Shown here in pieces: positions 19,322-30,564 of a stretch of DNA of 64,000 bases (positions within the stretch are counted from its first letter, which is position 1; every line of letters begins with the position of its first letter). A program made the position numbers and the translations under genes. Source of the DNA: Desulfocurvus sp. (GTDB lineage Bacteria > Desulfobacterota > Desulfovibrionia > Desulfovibrionales > Desulfovibrionaceae); the NCBI GenBank assembly GCA_020692325.1, contig JAIMKR010000006.1:67933-131932 (forward strand), given 5' to 3'. The notes beneath the pieces were generated by a model that had not been told where the DNA came from, made no database searches, and worked only from the letters and a program-made list of their open reading frames with translations.

Positions 19322-20455
19322 ATGGACAAGGCGAAAGTGTTTTTCACGGATTTCCACACGGTGGCCTTTGGCGACGGGCTCCCCACCAAGCTAAAAAAGC
19401 TGATAAAGAAGGCAGGCATCGGCGAAATCGACATGGACGGCCGCTTCGTCGCCATCAAAATGCACTTCGGTGAACTGGGCAACATCAGCTATCTGCGCCC
19501 CAACTACGCCAAGGCCGTGGCCGACGTCGTCAAGGCGCTGGGCGGCAAGCCTTTCCTCACCGATTGCAACACCATGTACCCGGGCAGCCGCAAAAACGCG
19601 CTGGAGCATCTGACCTGCGCCTGGGAAAACGGCTTCACCCCCCTGAGCGTCGGCTGCCCCATCCTCATCGGCGACGGCCTCAAAGGCACCGACGACGTCG
19701 CCGTGCCCGTCCGTGGCGGCGAATACGTGAAGGCGGCCAAGATCGGCCGCGCCATAATGGACGCCGACGTGTTCATCAGCCTGACCCATTTCAAGGGCCA
19801 CGAGATGACCGGCTTCGGCGGAACCATCAAAAACATCGGCATGGGCTGCGGCTCGCGCGCGGGCAAGACCGAGCAGCACAGCGACGGCAAGGCGGGCATC
19901 GACGAGGCCAAATGCAAGGGCTGCCGCGCCTGCCTCAAGGAATGCGCCAACAACGCCCTGGAGTTCGACGCCGTCAAAAAGAAGACCCACGTCAACCAGG
20001 ACAACTGCGTGGGCTGCGGCCGCTGCCTGGGCGCCTGCAACTTCGACGCGATCTCCTTCAGCCACGACGCGGCCATCACGTCCCTCAATTGCCGCATGGC
20101 CGAATACACCAAGGCCGTGGTGGACGGACGCCCCAACTTCCACATCTCGCTCATCGTGGACGTCTCCCCCAACTGCGACTGCCACGGCGAAAACGACATG
20201 CCCATTCTGCCCAACCTCGGCATGTTCGCCTCCTTCGATCCCCTGGCGCTGGACCAGGCCTGCGCGGACGCCTGCCTCAAGGCCACACCATTGCCGGGCG
20301 GCCAGCTCGCCAGGAACATGAAGGGAAAAGGATTCATCGACCACCACGACCACTTCACCAACTCCACGCCGGAATCCGAGTGGCGCACCTGCCTGGAGCA
20401 CGCCGAGAAAATCGGCCTGGGCACCAGGGATTACGAGCTGATCGTGATGAAATAA
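19322..20455 (+). CDS. DUF362-domain protein with 2x[4Fe-4S] ferredoxin insert
   Basis: AIKMHFGE, TDCNTMYPGSR, THFKGH, GGTIKNIGMG, two CxxCxxCxxxC motifs, VSPNCDC. Confidence 0.85.
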   Translation: MDKAKVFFTDFHTVAFGDGLPTKLKKLIKKAGIGEIDMDGRFVAIKMHFGELGNISYLRPNYAKAVADVVKALGGKPFLTDCNTMYPGSRKNALEHLTCAWENGFTPLSVGCPILIGDGLKGTDDVAVPVRGGEYVKAAKIGRAIMDADVFISLTHFKGHEMTGFGGTIKNIGMGCGSRAGKTEQHSDGKAGIDEAKCKGCRACLKECANNALEFDAVKKKTHVNQDNCVGCGRCLGACNFDAISFSHDAAITSLNCRMAEYTKAVVDGRPNFHISLIVDVSPNCDCHGENDMPILPNLGMFASFDPLALDQACADACLKATPLPGGQLARNMKGKGFIDHHDHFTNSTPESEWRTCLEHAEKIGLGTRDYELIVMK

Positions 20456-20613
20456 CGCCCCCCCGGCGCGCCGAGCCACCGCGCAACCCCGGCCCCCCAA
20501 GCGGCCCCTCCGTCCATCACGGGGAGGCCGCTTTCACGCCGAGGCGGCGCTTCATTCCTCAAGATTCCCAGAGCCTGACGAGCGGCAAGGTCCGAGGGGA
20601 AAACCGAGGCGCC

Positions 20614-20859
20614 GCCCCGGACCCCGCCGGAGGACATTCGTCCTCTGGACTCCTTATGCCGAGCGCAACGCCCCCGGACGCGGACGCGTCCCGAGACGTT
20701 GCGCTCGGACCAGGGGCTCCATGTCGGAGGTGAAACGGGAATTCAGGCGACAACCCCGACAAGGGCGATGAAGCCGGGGCCATGCCCGTGTCACCTGTAA
20801 AAGCCTTTGGAAGGGGGGGACGGGGGGAGAACCTTTCCAGCGGAAAGGTGTCCCCCCGA
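20614..20859. repeat. Composite REP/MITE-like hairpin element, copy 2
   Basis: gccccggaccccgcc-ggaggac ATTC gtcctct-ggactcc; internal 12-bp stem ccgagcgcaacg/cgttgcgctcgg; right motif 20764-20859. Confidence 0.75.
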
Positions 20860-20963
20860 TCCTCCCTCTTTTCCCCACGTCTTCCCCTCCCGACGCGAAG
20901 AGCCCCGGCACATCGAAATATTCGACGCGCCGGGGCTCTTAAACGCCCGGGACGAAGGACTGG

Positions 20964-22469
20964 CTACAGCCCCTTGGTCAGCGCCTCAACCAACGCGGGG
21001 ATGGTGTAGTCGGCGGGCTGGATGTCCGGCGTGAAGCCGAAACGGCCGAGTGTCTTGGCGGTGACGGGTCCGATACAGGCGATTTTGACCTCGGGGTGCT
21101 GTTTCAACGTCTCGGCGGGCAGCAGGGCGAAGAAATTCTCCACGGTGCTGGAGCTGGTGAAGGTGAGGGCGCGAATCCTGCCCTTTTCCAGCGCTGCGAT
21201 GAGTTCCGAGGGATCCTGCTGGGCGAGCCGCGTCTCGTAGACGGGCAGCACGCGCACCTCGGCCCCGGCCTTGGCGAGCTGCTCGGGCAGCACCTCACGG
21301 GCGACCCTGGCGCGCGGGATGAGTACGCGCTTGCCGGCCACGCCACGCTCCAGCAGGCCGGCGACGACCTCCTCGGCCACATACTTGGCGGGGACAAAAT
21401 CGGGAGCCACGCCGCGCGCTCGCAGCTCGTCGGCGGTGGCGGGACCAATGGCGGCGACGCTGAGGCCGCCGAGGGCCCGGGTATCCAGACCGATCTCAGT
21501 GAGCTGATTCCAAAAGTGCTTAACGCCGTTGACGGAGGTGAACACGAGCCAGTCCACGGTGGCGAGGCCGAGAATGGCCTGCTCGACCTCGGCGTAGTCA
21601 TCCAGCGGCTCCACGCTGATGGTGGGGAACTCGTACACATGCGCGCCGAGGCTCTTGAGGGTGGAGGAAAGGCCACTGGCCTGTTCGCGCGCACGGGTGA
21701 CGACGATGCCCTTGCCGAGCAGCGGCTTCTTCTCGAACCAGGCCAGCTTGTCGTGCAATCCGCACACGCCGCCCACGATGATGATGCTGGGGGCGGCGAA
21801 CTGACGCTTCTCCGCGTCTCCGGCCACGTGCTCCAGAGTGCTGACCATGGACTGCTGCTCGCTGCGGGTCCCCCAGCGCACGAGGGCCACGGGGGTGTTT
21901 TTGTCGCGGCCGCCTTCCATGAGCTTGCCGGCGATCATGGGCAGATTCTTCACACCCATGTAGAACACCAGCGTGCTGTTGCTCTTGGCGTACACTTCCC
22001 AGTTGTGGCCCGATTCCTCCTTGGTGGGATCCTCGTGACCGGTGATGAAGCAAACGGAGGTGGTGAAGTCGCGATGGGTGACGGGGATGCCGGCGTAAGC
22101 GGGCGCGGCCACCCCGGCGGTGACGCCGGGCACGACCTCGAAGGGCACACCGGCGGCCACAAGCTCCTCGGCCTCCTCGCCGCCACGACCAAAGACATAC
22201 GGGTCGCCGCCCTTCAGGCGCGCCACGCTTTTGCCTTCCTTGGCCTTGGAGATGATGAGCTCGTTGATCTTGTCCTGGGGCAGGGTGTGGTCGCCCCCCT
22301 TCTTGCCCACGTAGATGATCTCGGCGTCCTTGCGGGCATAGCCGAGGAAATCCTTGTTGGCGAGGTAGTCGTAGACCACCACGTCCGCGGTCTCGATGAG
22401 CTCCTTGGCCCGGATGGTGAGCAGGCCGGGATCGCCAGGGCCCGCGCCGATAAGGTAGACTGTGGACAT
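20964..22469 (-). CDS. cobA: Fused uroporphyrinogen-III C-methyltransferase / uroporphyrinogen-III synthase (CobA-HemD)
   Basis: VYLIGAGPGDPGLLT, RLKGGDPYVFGRGGEE, then VTRAREQ, FTSVNGV, FTSSSTV, CIGPVT. Confidence 0.95.
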   Translation of the reverse strand: MSTVYLIGAGPGDPGLLTIRAKELIETADVVVYDYLANKDFLGYARKDAEIIYVGKKGGDHTLPQDKINELIISKAKEGKSVARLKGGDPYVFGRGGEEAEELVAAGVPFEVVPGVTAGVAAPAYAGIPVTHRDFTTSVCFITGHEDPTKEESGHNWEVYAKSNSTLVFYMGVKNLPMIAGKLMEGGRDKNTPVALVRWGTRSEQQSMVSTLEHVAGDAEKRQFAAPSIIIVGGVCGLHDKLAWFEKKPLLGKGIVVTRAREQASGLSSTLKSLGAHVYEFPTISVEPLDDYAEVEQAILGLATVDWLVFTSVNGVKHFWNQLTEIGLDTRALGGLSVAAIGPATADELRARGVAPDFVPAKYVAEEVVAGLLERGVAGKRVLIPRARVAREVLPEQLAKAGAEVRVLPVYETRLAQQDPSELIAALEKGRIRALTFTSSSTVENFFALLPAETLKQHPEVKIACIGPVTAKTLGRFGFTPDIQPADYTIPALVEALTKGL

Positions 22470-22480
22470 GGTGCTTTCTC

Positions 22481-22795
22481 CTAGTCGCCGTATTGTTTGG
22501 TGGCCGCGGGCTCGAAGAGCATGACGCGGCATTCCCGCTCGCAGACGGGCATGTGCTCCACGCCGTGCGGGATGATGAAGAACTCGCCGGGGCGAAGGTC
22601 GATGTCCCGGTCGCGCAGGCGGATGGTGAGCGCGCCCTCGAGCACGAGGAACATCTCGTCCTCCACCGTGTGCTTGTGCCACTCGAACTCGCCTTGCAAC
22701 CGCACGAATTTGACAAGCTGGCCGTTGAGCCCGCCCACGGCGCGCGAATTCCCAATGCCCTCGCCGGATGCGGACTTCTGAGCGGCGCCGATCAT
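22481..22795 (-). CDS. Cupin-domain protein, N-terminus atypical
   Basis: LNGQLVK..GEFEWHKH..EDEMF..GEFFIIPHGVEH.P. Confidence 0.75.
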   Translation of the reverse strand: MIGAAQKSASGEGIGNSRAVGGLNGQLVKFVRLQGEFEWHKHTVEDEMFLVLEGALTIRLRDRDIDLRPGEFFIIPHGVEHMPVCERECRVMLFEPAATKQYGD

Positions 22796-22797
22796 TT

Positions 22798-23352
22798 TCA
22801 CGCCCGGTCCCGCAGAAGATTCACGGCGGAGGCGTCGGCCAGCACCACGCTGGTCTCCACCTGCCGCTCGGGAATATCCCAGTAGATGCGCAACAGCGTT
22901 TCCTTCTGCTCGCGCGTGGTCAACGCGAAGCCGTGCTTCTCGTAAAAACGCACGGCCCACGTGGCGTCGGCCCAGGTGCCGATGAGCACCGGCCGCGTCG
23001 TTTGGCCGAGGAGATGCTCCAGCAGCAGGCCGCCGATGCCCTGGCCGCGCCGGTCGGTCTCCACGTAGGCGTGGCGGATGAGCATGGCGTTCCCGATGCC
23101 GTGCGGATCGGCATTGTCCACGTCCTGCCCGCCCATGACGCCCACGAGGCCTTCCGGTCCGGCCGCGTCCTCGGCCCCGATAAACCGTACGCCGGCGGCG
23201 ATCTCGCCGCGCAGCTCGGAAAGCGGCATGTACGGCTCGTGCCAGCGGTCCGCCGGAATCACGCCCTTGTAGGCGCTGGCGGCGTCGTTGACGATGGCGT
23301 CCATGCGCGGCTCGTCGGCCGCGACGCAGGGCCGCAAAACGATCCGCGCCAC
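22798..23352 (-). CDS. GNAT-family N-acetyltransferase
   Basis: YKGVIPADRWHEPYM, LIRHAYV..RRGQGIGG, GTWADA.WAVRFYEKHGF. Confidence 0.88.
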   Translation of the reverse strand: MARIVLRPCVAADEPRMDAIVNDAASAYKGVIPADRWHEPYMPLSELRGEIAAGVRFIGAEDAAGPEGLVGVMGGQDVDNADPHGIGNAMLIRHAYVETDRRGQGIGGLLLEHLLGQTTRPVLIGTWADATWAVRFYEKHGFALTTREQKETLLRIYWDIPERQVETSVVLADASAVNLLRDRA

Positions 23353-23363
23353 GGTTGTTCCCC

Positions 23364-26105
<2,742 letters not shown>

Positions 26106-26208
26106 TGAAACTCCTTCGTGCGCGTTCAAAACGCCGTCGCGCGCCCGGACGGGCCTTGCCAGCGCGGGGTTCGGGCGGCTACTGTGCCGCGAAACCCTGG
26201 GGGCCGTC

Positions 26209-27510
26209 GTGACGCGCGTTTTCGTCTTGTGGGATGACTCGCACCTGTGGGGACTGCTCGTGCTGCGTTATTTGCGCGCGCTGGGCGTTCCCCACGGCGT
26301 TTTGCGTGCAATCGACATAGCCGAGGGCGCGCTCTCTGGCAAGTCCATGGCCCTTGGCCCGTCCCCGAAACACGACGCCCTGCTCATCGCCCCGGGTGGC
26401 TGGGCGCGCGGCAGGGCGCGGCGGCTGGGGCCGGTGGGGCTGGCGGCCGTGCGCGATTTCGTCGCTGGCGGCGGCGCGTACCTGGGATTCTGCGGCGGCG
26501 CGGGGCTGGCGCTTTCCGGCCCGAACCCGGCGGAAGGCCTTGGTCTGTGCCCGTGGGGCCGCATGGGCTTTTCCGGGCGGCTGCAACACCTGCTCTCCGG
26601 CGACGTGCGCCTGCGCGTCGAGGCGGAAAACGCCCCCGGAGGCGGCCGCGATCTGCTGGCGCAAGTGTGGTGGCCCTCGCAGTTCGCCCCGGCGGACGAC
26701 GACTCCGGCGTGGAGGTGCTGGCGCGCTACGACGGCCCGGGTCCGGACTTCTGGGTGGCCGACCTGGCGCTGGCCAGCCTGCCCGAGGAGGCGCTGGCCG
26801 ACTGGCAGAATCTTTACGGCCTCACCGTGCGGCCGGGCTTTCTGGCCGGCCGGCCGGCGGTCATCGCCGGGACATACGGCAAGGGCCGCTACCTGCTCTC
26901 CTACCCACACCTGGAGACGCCGGACTCGCCGGACGGCAACCGCTGGCTGGCGCGCATCGTCGCGGACATGGGCGGCGTGGTCCCGCCGGCCGCGGCGCTC
27001 GGCGCGGATTTCGTCACCCCGCCCTGGCGCGTGGGCGCGGAAGGCGTTCGCTGGGACGACGCGACGCTGCTCAAGGCCAAGGCCGAGCTGGAGGAGGTCG
27101 TCGCGCTGGGGCAGGAGCACCTGCTGCTGTTCTGGCGCAACCCGTGGCTGCTGGGCTGGCGGCGCGGGGTGCCGGGGCCGGGGCTGAACAGCCTGTATGC
27201 GCTGGTGTGCGAGGCGCTTTCGCACCCCCCCGACGAGGCGACGCTCTCCTGGTGGCGCGAGGTGGCCGATGAATTCGCCGGGCTGTCGAAGCTGCTGTGC
27301 AAGGGGCTCTCCGGCCTGCTGCTGGCCGAGCGGCTGGACATGACCGTGCGGCAAACCCCTGGCGTGGACGGCGCGGACGACGTGTTCACGAAAAATCTGC
27401 GCGAAATGCGCGCGGCGCTCTTCGGCCCTCCCCCGGCGGCCGGCGGCGTGTGCGGCCAGCTGCTCCACATGCTTGAGGAGCTGTGCGCGCGGCTGTGGGG
27501 GGGAACCTAA
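26209..27510 (+). CDS. BPL-N (biotin-protein-ligase N-terminal, class I GATase-like) domain protein
   Basis: PGG, GGAYLGFCGGAG nucleophile elbow, SYPHLE; start uncertain. Confidence 0.7.
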   Translation: MTRVFVLWDDSHLWGLLVLRYLRALGVPHGVLRAIDIAEGALSGKSMALGPSPKHDALLIAPGGWARGRARRLGPVGLAAVRDFVAGGGAYLGFCGGAGLALSGPNPAEGLGLCPWGRMGFSGRLQHLLSGDVRLRVEAENAPGGGRDLLAQVWWPSQFAPADDDSGVEVLARYDGPGPDFWVADLALASLPEEALADWQNLYGLTVRPGFLAGRPAVIAGTYGKGRYLLSYPHLETPDSPDGNRWLARIVADMGGVVPPAAALGADFVTPPWRVGAEGVRWDDATLLKAKAELEEVVALGQEHLLLFWRNPWLLGWRRGVPGPGLNSLYALVCEALSHPPDEATLSWWREVADEFAGLSKLLCKGLSGLLLAERLDMTVRQTPGVDGADDVFTKNLREMRAALFGPPPAAGGVCGQLLHMLEELCARLWGGT

Positions 27511-27512
27511 AA

Positions 27513-28241
27513 ATGAATAAGACTATCGAAGAAACGCAAAAAGGAAATAAACAGCTCGAACAATACCTCATCAAAATTTCATCAGACATTGTTATAGCGA
27601 GAAGTGCTCTTCATTACTGCTATTCGACAATGTCACCACAAAACTGTGGCCCATTCAAAAACTGCGTTTCAATGATACGCCATTTCGCAACTACAGCAAT
27701 GGCGATCCATTTATCTAGAGTTTTTGAAGTTCAAGTGGCTCGAAGCAAGAAAAATAGTGTTGACCAACCTTCATTTTCCATTATCAGCTTAGCAGATTTT
27801 TTAGCAAGCGCGAATATTAAAACGATGGTTGACTCTTTCTATAATTTATTAGACTACGTAAATGGCTATGATGACAAGTGCATCACCTGCATTCATGATA
27901 TCCCACATCATATGAGCGAAGACTGCCTATTTTGTTTACCAAGACGACTTGGAAGTATTACAAAGAGAAGATGTGCCGAGGCCAATGAATTAGTAACAAA
28001 GGTAAAAAAATTCAGAAATAAGTGGGTCGCCCACACAGAAATGCCAACCAAAGCCATCCCAACGACATACGCCGATTTTGAATTACTAACGAATCTTGCC
28101 GAAGATCTGCTCTTCCCCTTTTCGCGGTATTTCCCAACAGCCCATTGCTCTTATTATTATGATGTTGTTGAACAGAAACAAGCAACTCAGTTTAGCAAAG
28201 AGCTAGAGAATCTATTTGCCTCGTTAGCTCTGAGTAAATAG
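27513..28241 (+). CDS. AT-rich HEPN-domain protein, AbiU2-like; putative RNase/defence gene
   Basis: KFRNKWVAH (RxxxxH at 28014-28034) in a helical protein; earlier LSRVFE..ISL..L pattern; two 60-nt lines counted by hand are 33% GC, far below the flanking DNA. Confidence 0.7.
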   Translation: MNKTIEETQKGNKQLEQYLIKISSDIVIARSALHYCYSTMSPQNCGPFKNCVSMIRHFATTAMAIHLSRVFEVQVARSKKNSVDQPSFSIISLADFLASANIKTMVDSFYNLLDYVNGYDDKCITCIHDIPHHMSEDCLFCLPRRLGSITKRRCAEANELVTKVKKFRNKWVAHTEMPTKAIPTTYADFELLTNLAEDLLFPFSRYFPTAHCSYYYDVVEQKQATQFSKELENLFASLALSK

Positions 28242-28278
28242 CAACATTTTGACATACCAAGATTTACACCTACCGGCC

Positions 28279-28324
28279 CGGCGGGACGACCCGCCGTCGA
28301 CCCGCCGCAATGGGGACGACCCCG
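28279..28324 (+). ncRNA. Guanidine-II (mini-ykkC) riboswitch
   Basis: Two hairpins with ACGA loops: cggcggg-ACGA-cccgccg (28279-28296) and gggg-ACGA-cccc (28312-28323), directly upstream of an SMR exporter. Confidence 0.9.
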
Positions 28325-28345
28325 CCAGCCTTTTGGAAACACCGC

Positions 28346-28663
28346 ATGTCCTGGATATATCTCTTGGTGGCCGGCCTCTTCGAGGTCGCCTGGGCCGTCG
28401 GCCTCAAGTCCACCCACGGCTTCACCCGCCCGCTGCCCTCACTGTTCTTGGGGGGCGCCATGCTCGCCAGCGTGGGCCTGCTCTCGCTCGCCGTGCGTGA
28501 TCTGCCCATTGGCACGGCCTACGCCGTGTGGACGGGCATTGGCACCCTGGGCGCGGCCGCGTTTGGCATGGTCTTCCTCGGCGAACCAGCCGGGGCGGCG
28601 CGTCTGGGCTGCATCGCCCTCATCGCGGCGGGCATCGCCGGCCTCAAGCTCTTGCCGGCCTAA
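28346..28663 (+). CDS. sugE: SMR-family guanidinium exporter (Gdx/SugE)
   Basis: [33 protein letters not shown], four TM helices; guanidine-II riboswitch upstream. Confidence 0.92.
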   Translation: MSWIYLLVAGLFEVAWAVGLKSTHGFTRPLPSLFLGGAMLASVGLLSLAVRDLPIGTAYAVWTGIGTLGAAAFGMVFLGEPAGAARLGCIALIAAGIAGLKLLPA

Positions 28664-28691
28664 GCCCGCGCCGCCCGCGCGCGCAAAACAA

Positions 28692-28726
28692 AAGCCCCCG
28701 CATCCGTCGACCGGGAGCGGGGGCTT
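28692..28726. terminator. Hairpin between convergent sugE and RRM genes
   Basis: aagcccccgc...gcgggggctt with an A-run on the left. Confidence 0.65.
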
Positions 28727-28746
28727 CGATTGTTCCGTTGAGGGGC

Positions 28747-29013
28747 TTAGTAGCGGCGGGGCGGGCGGGGAGCGCGCTCCTTGGCTTCGTTGACCCGCAG
28801 CGTGCGGCCTCCGAAGTCTTTGCCGTCCAGGGCCTCGATGGCCTTGGCGGCGCCGGCGTCCTCCATCTCCACGAAACCGAAGCCGCGAAAACGGCCGGTC
28901 TCGCGGTCCATGACGAATTTCACGTTCTGCACCTCGCCGTAAGAGCCGAACGCATCGCGAATTTCATCTTCCTTGGCGCTGAAAGGCAAATTACCGACGT
29001 AGATGGACTTCAT
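28747..29013 (-). CDS. RRM-type RNA-binding protein
   Basis: IYVGNL (RNP2) and RGFGFVEM (RNP1). Confidence 0.95.
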   Translation of the reverse strand: MKSIYVGNLPFSAKEDEIRDAFGSYGEVQNVKFVMDRETGRFRGFGFVEMEDAGAAKAIEALDGKDFGGRTLRVNEAKERAPRPPRRY

Positions 29014-29532
29014 CGCTTCCTACTCTCCTCAAAGTGAAATTCAGAAATCCCGCCTTGATTCGCCCGCCGGCGGCTCACCCAAAGCCGCGTTGAGACGCTC
29101 CAAGCTTGCCTTGACCTATTAGCCGCATTAGCGCAGCGCATCGAAAACAGCAAGGGCCAAAAAGGCCAAAATCGCGCGATGTTGCGAGAAAAATTCAAGC
29201 AAGGCGTATTGCCTTGGCTCATTTTCCCCGAGGAATCTGTTTCAAAATGCAATAGAATCGAAAGGTTAGATTTTCTCTAGCCTCGAAGAGAACGCGACGC
29301 GCCCAATCCGGCTCCACGTGAATTTCCCTGCGGATCTCCGCCGCGACCCCATGCGCGGCCACAAACGATGACGATTCCCACGGGAGGAGGGGACAGGACG
29401 CCGTGTCGAGACGTGAGGACGAACGATCGAAGACACGGGCGCGAGGGGGAAAGCGGGAGGCCGAAGCCGTCGGCCGGAGAGTCCGGCCACGAGGGGCCCC
29501 GCCAGGTAGGTCGAGACGGAAACGCGGTCACC

Positions 29533-30468
29533 TCAGACCGCTCCGCCATTGGACTGACAGGAACAGCCGGAGCCCGTGGCCCCTTCGACCCCGTCGGGGC
29601 CGGGACCGACGTCGCGCGGCTCCACGTCCCCAACGGCGGACAGCGCGGCCACGGGATCGGGCCGCGTCCCTTCCGGGATGGGCATATCCTCGGCATAGAA
29701 CACGCGCTCCAGGCACAAGCCATGCGCCGGAGCCGTAGGCAGGCCGTGGTTGCGGTCGCAGCGCTCCAGTATCGACCGGACCTCCCCGGGCGTGGCCTTG
29801 CCCTTGCCCACGGCCACGAGACAGCCCACGAGGTTGCGCACCATCTGTTTGAGGAAACCGTCGGCCCGGGCGCGCCAGACCGTCTCCCCGGGCAGGGGGT
29901 CGTTCTCGCGCCACAGGGCCGCGAGGGTGCGCACCGTGCCCCTGGGCCCCACCGGCGTGCCCAGGTTGCGGAAGCTGTTGAAGTCGTGCCGGCCCACAAG
30001 GACGGCAGCGGCCGCGTCCATGGCCGCGTCGTCCAGCGGAGGCACGTCCCACACGAAGCGGCGACGCAGGGGGTTCACGCAGGCGCGGTCGCGCCAAAGG
30101 GTATAGGCGTAAATTTTGCCGACGGCCCCGAACTGGGCGTGAAAGCCCGGCGGGGCCACACCGGCCTCCACCACGCGCACGTCGCGCGGGAGGATACTGT
30201 TGAGGGCCGTGCGCCAGGGCACGCGGCGGGCCAGCCTGTCGGGCACGTCCACATGGGCGCACTGTCCAAGGGCGTGCACGCCGGAATCGGTGCGGCCGGC
30301 CCCCTGCACGCGCACGGGGCGGCCCACGATGCGTCCCAACGCCTCCTCCACCTCGGCCTGGACCGTGCGCTGGCGGGGCTGCCGCTGCCAGCCGGCGAAG
30401 TCCGTGCCGTCATAGGCCAGGATGAGCTTGAGGCGCGTGACGCCGTCGTCGCGGGTGGGAATCGTCAT
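29533..30468 (-). CDS. truA: tRNA pseudouridine(38-40) synthase
   Basis: AYDGTDFAGWQ, GAGRTDSGVHA, FHAQF, GFLKQMVR, TAPAHGLCL. Confidence 0.95.
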   Translation of the reverse strand: MTIPTRDDGVTRLKLILAYDGTDFAGWQRQPRQRTVQAEVEEALGRIVGRPVRVQGAGRTDSGVHALGQCAHVDVPDRLARRVPWRTALNSILPRDVRVVEAGVAPPGFHAQFGAVGKIYAYTLWRDRACVNPLRRRFVWDVPPLDDAAMDAAAAVLVGRHDFNSFRNLGTPVGPRGTVRTLAALWRENDPLPGETVWRARADGFLKQMVRNLVGCLVAVGKGKATPGEVRSILERCDRNHGLPTAPAHGLCLERVFYAEDMPIPEGTRPDPVAALSAVGDVEPRDVGPGPDGVEGATGSGCSCQSNGGAV

Positions 30469-30564
30469 GGGCAGGCGCGTAGCACAGGCCCCGGCCGGGC
30501 GTCCACGGGAATTTCCCGCGTCCCGGCCGAAGCCCCGGCTTCCAAAAGAGTGACGGCGGCCGTC

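Noticed and set aside
27480-28300. IS ends, att sites or target-site duplication around the AT-rich gene
   Set aside because: No terminal inverted repeats or flanking direct repeats found by eye, so it is not called a mobile element
29014-29532. 500-bp AT-richer gap upstream of the RRM gene as a possible ncRNA or island
   Set aside because: No repeats or strong structure seen; consistent with a long leader/promoter region plus the truA terminator zone
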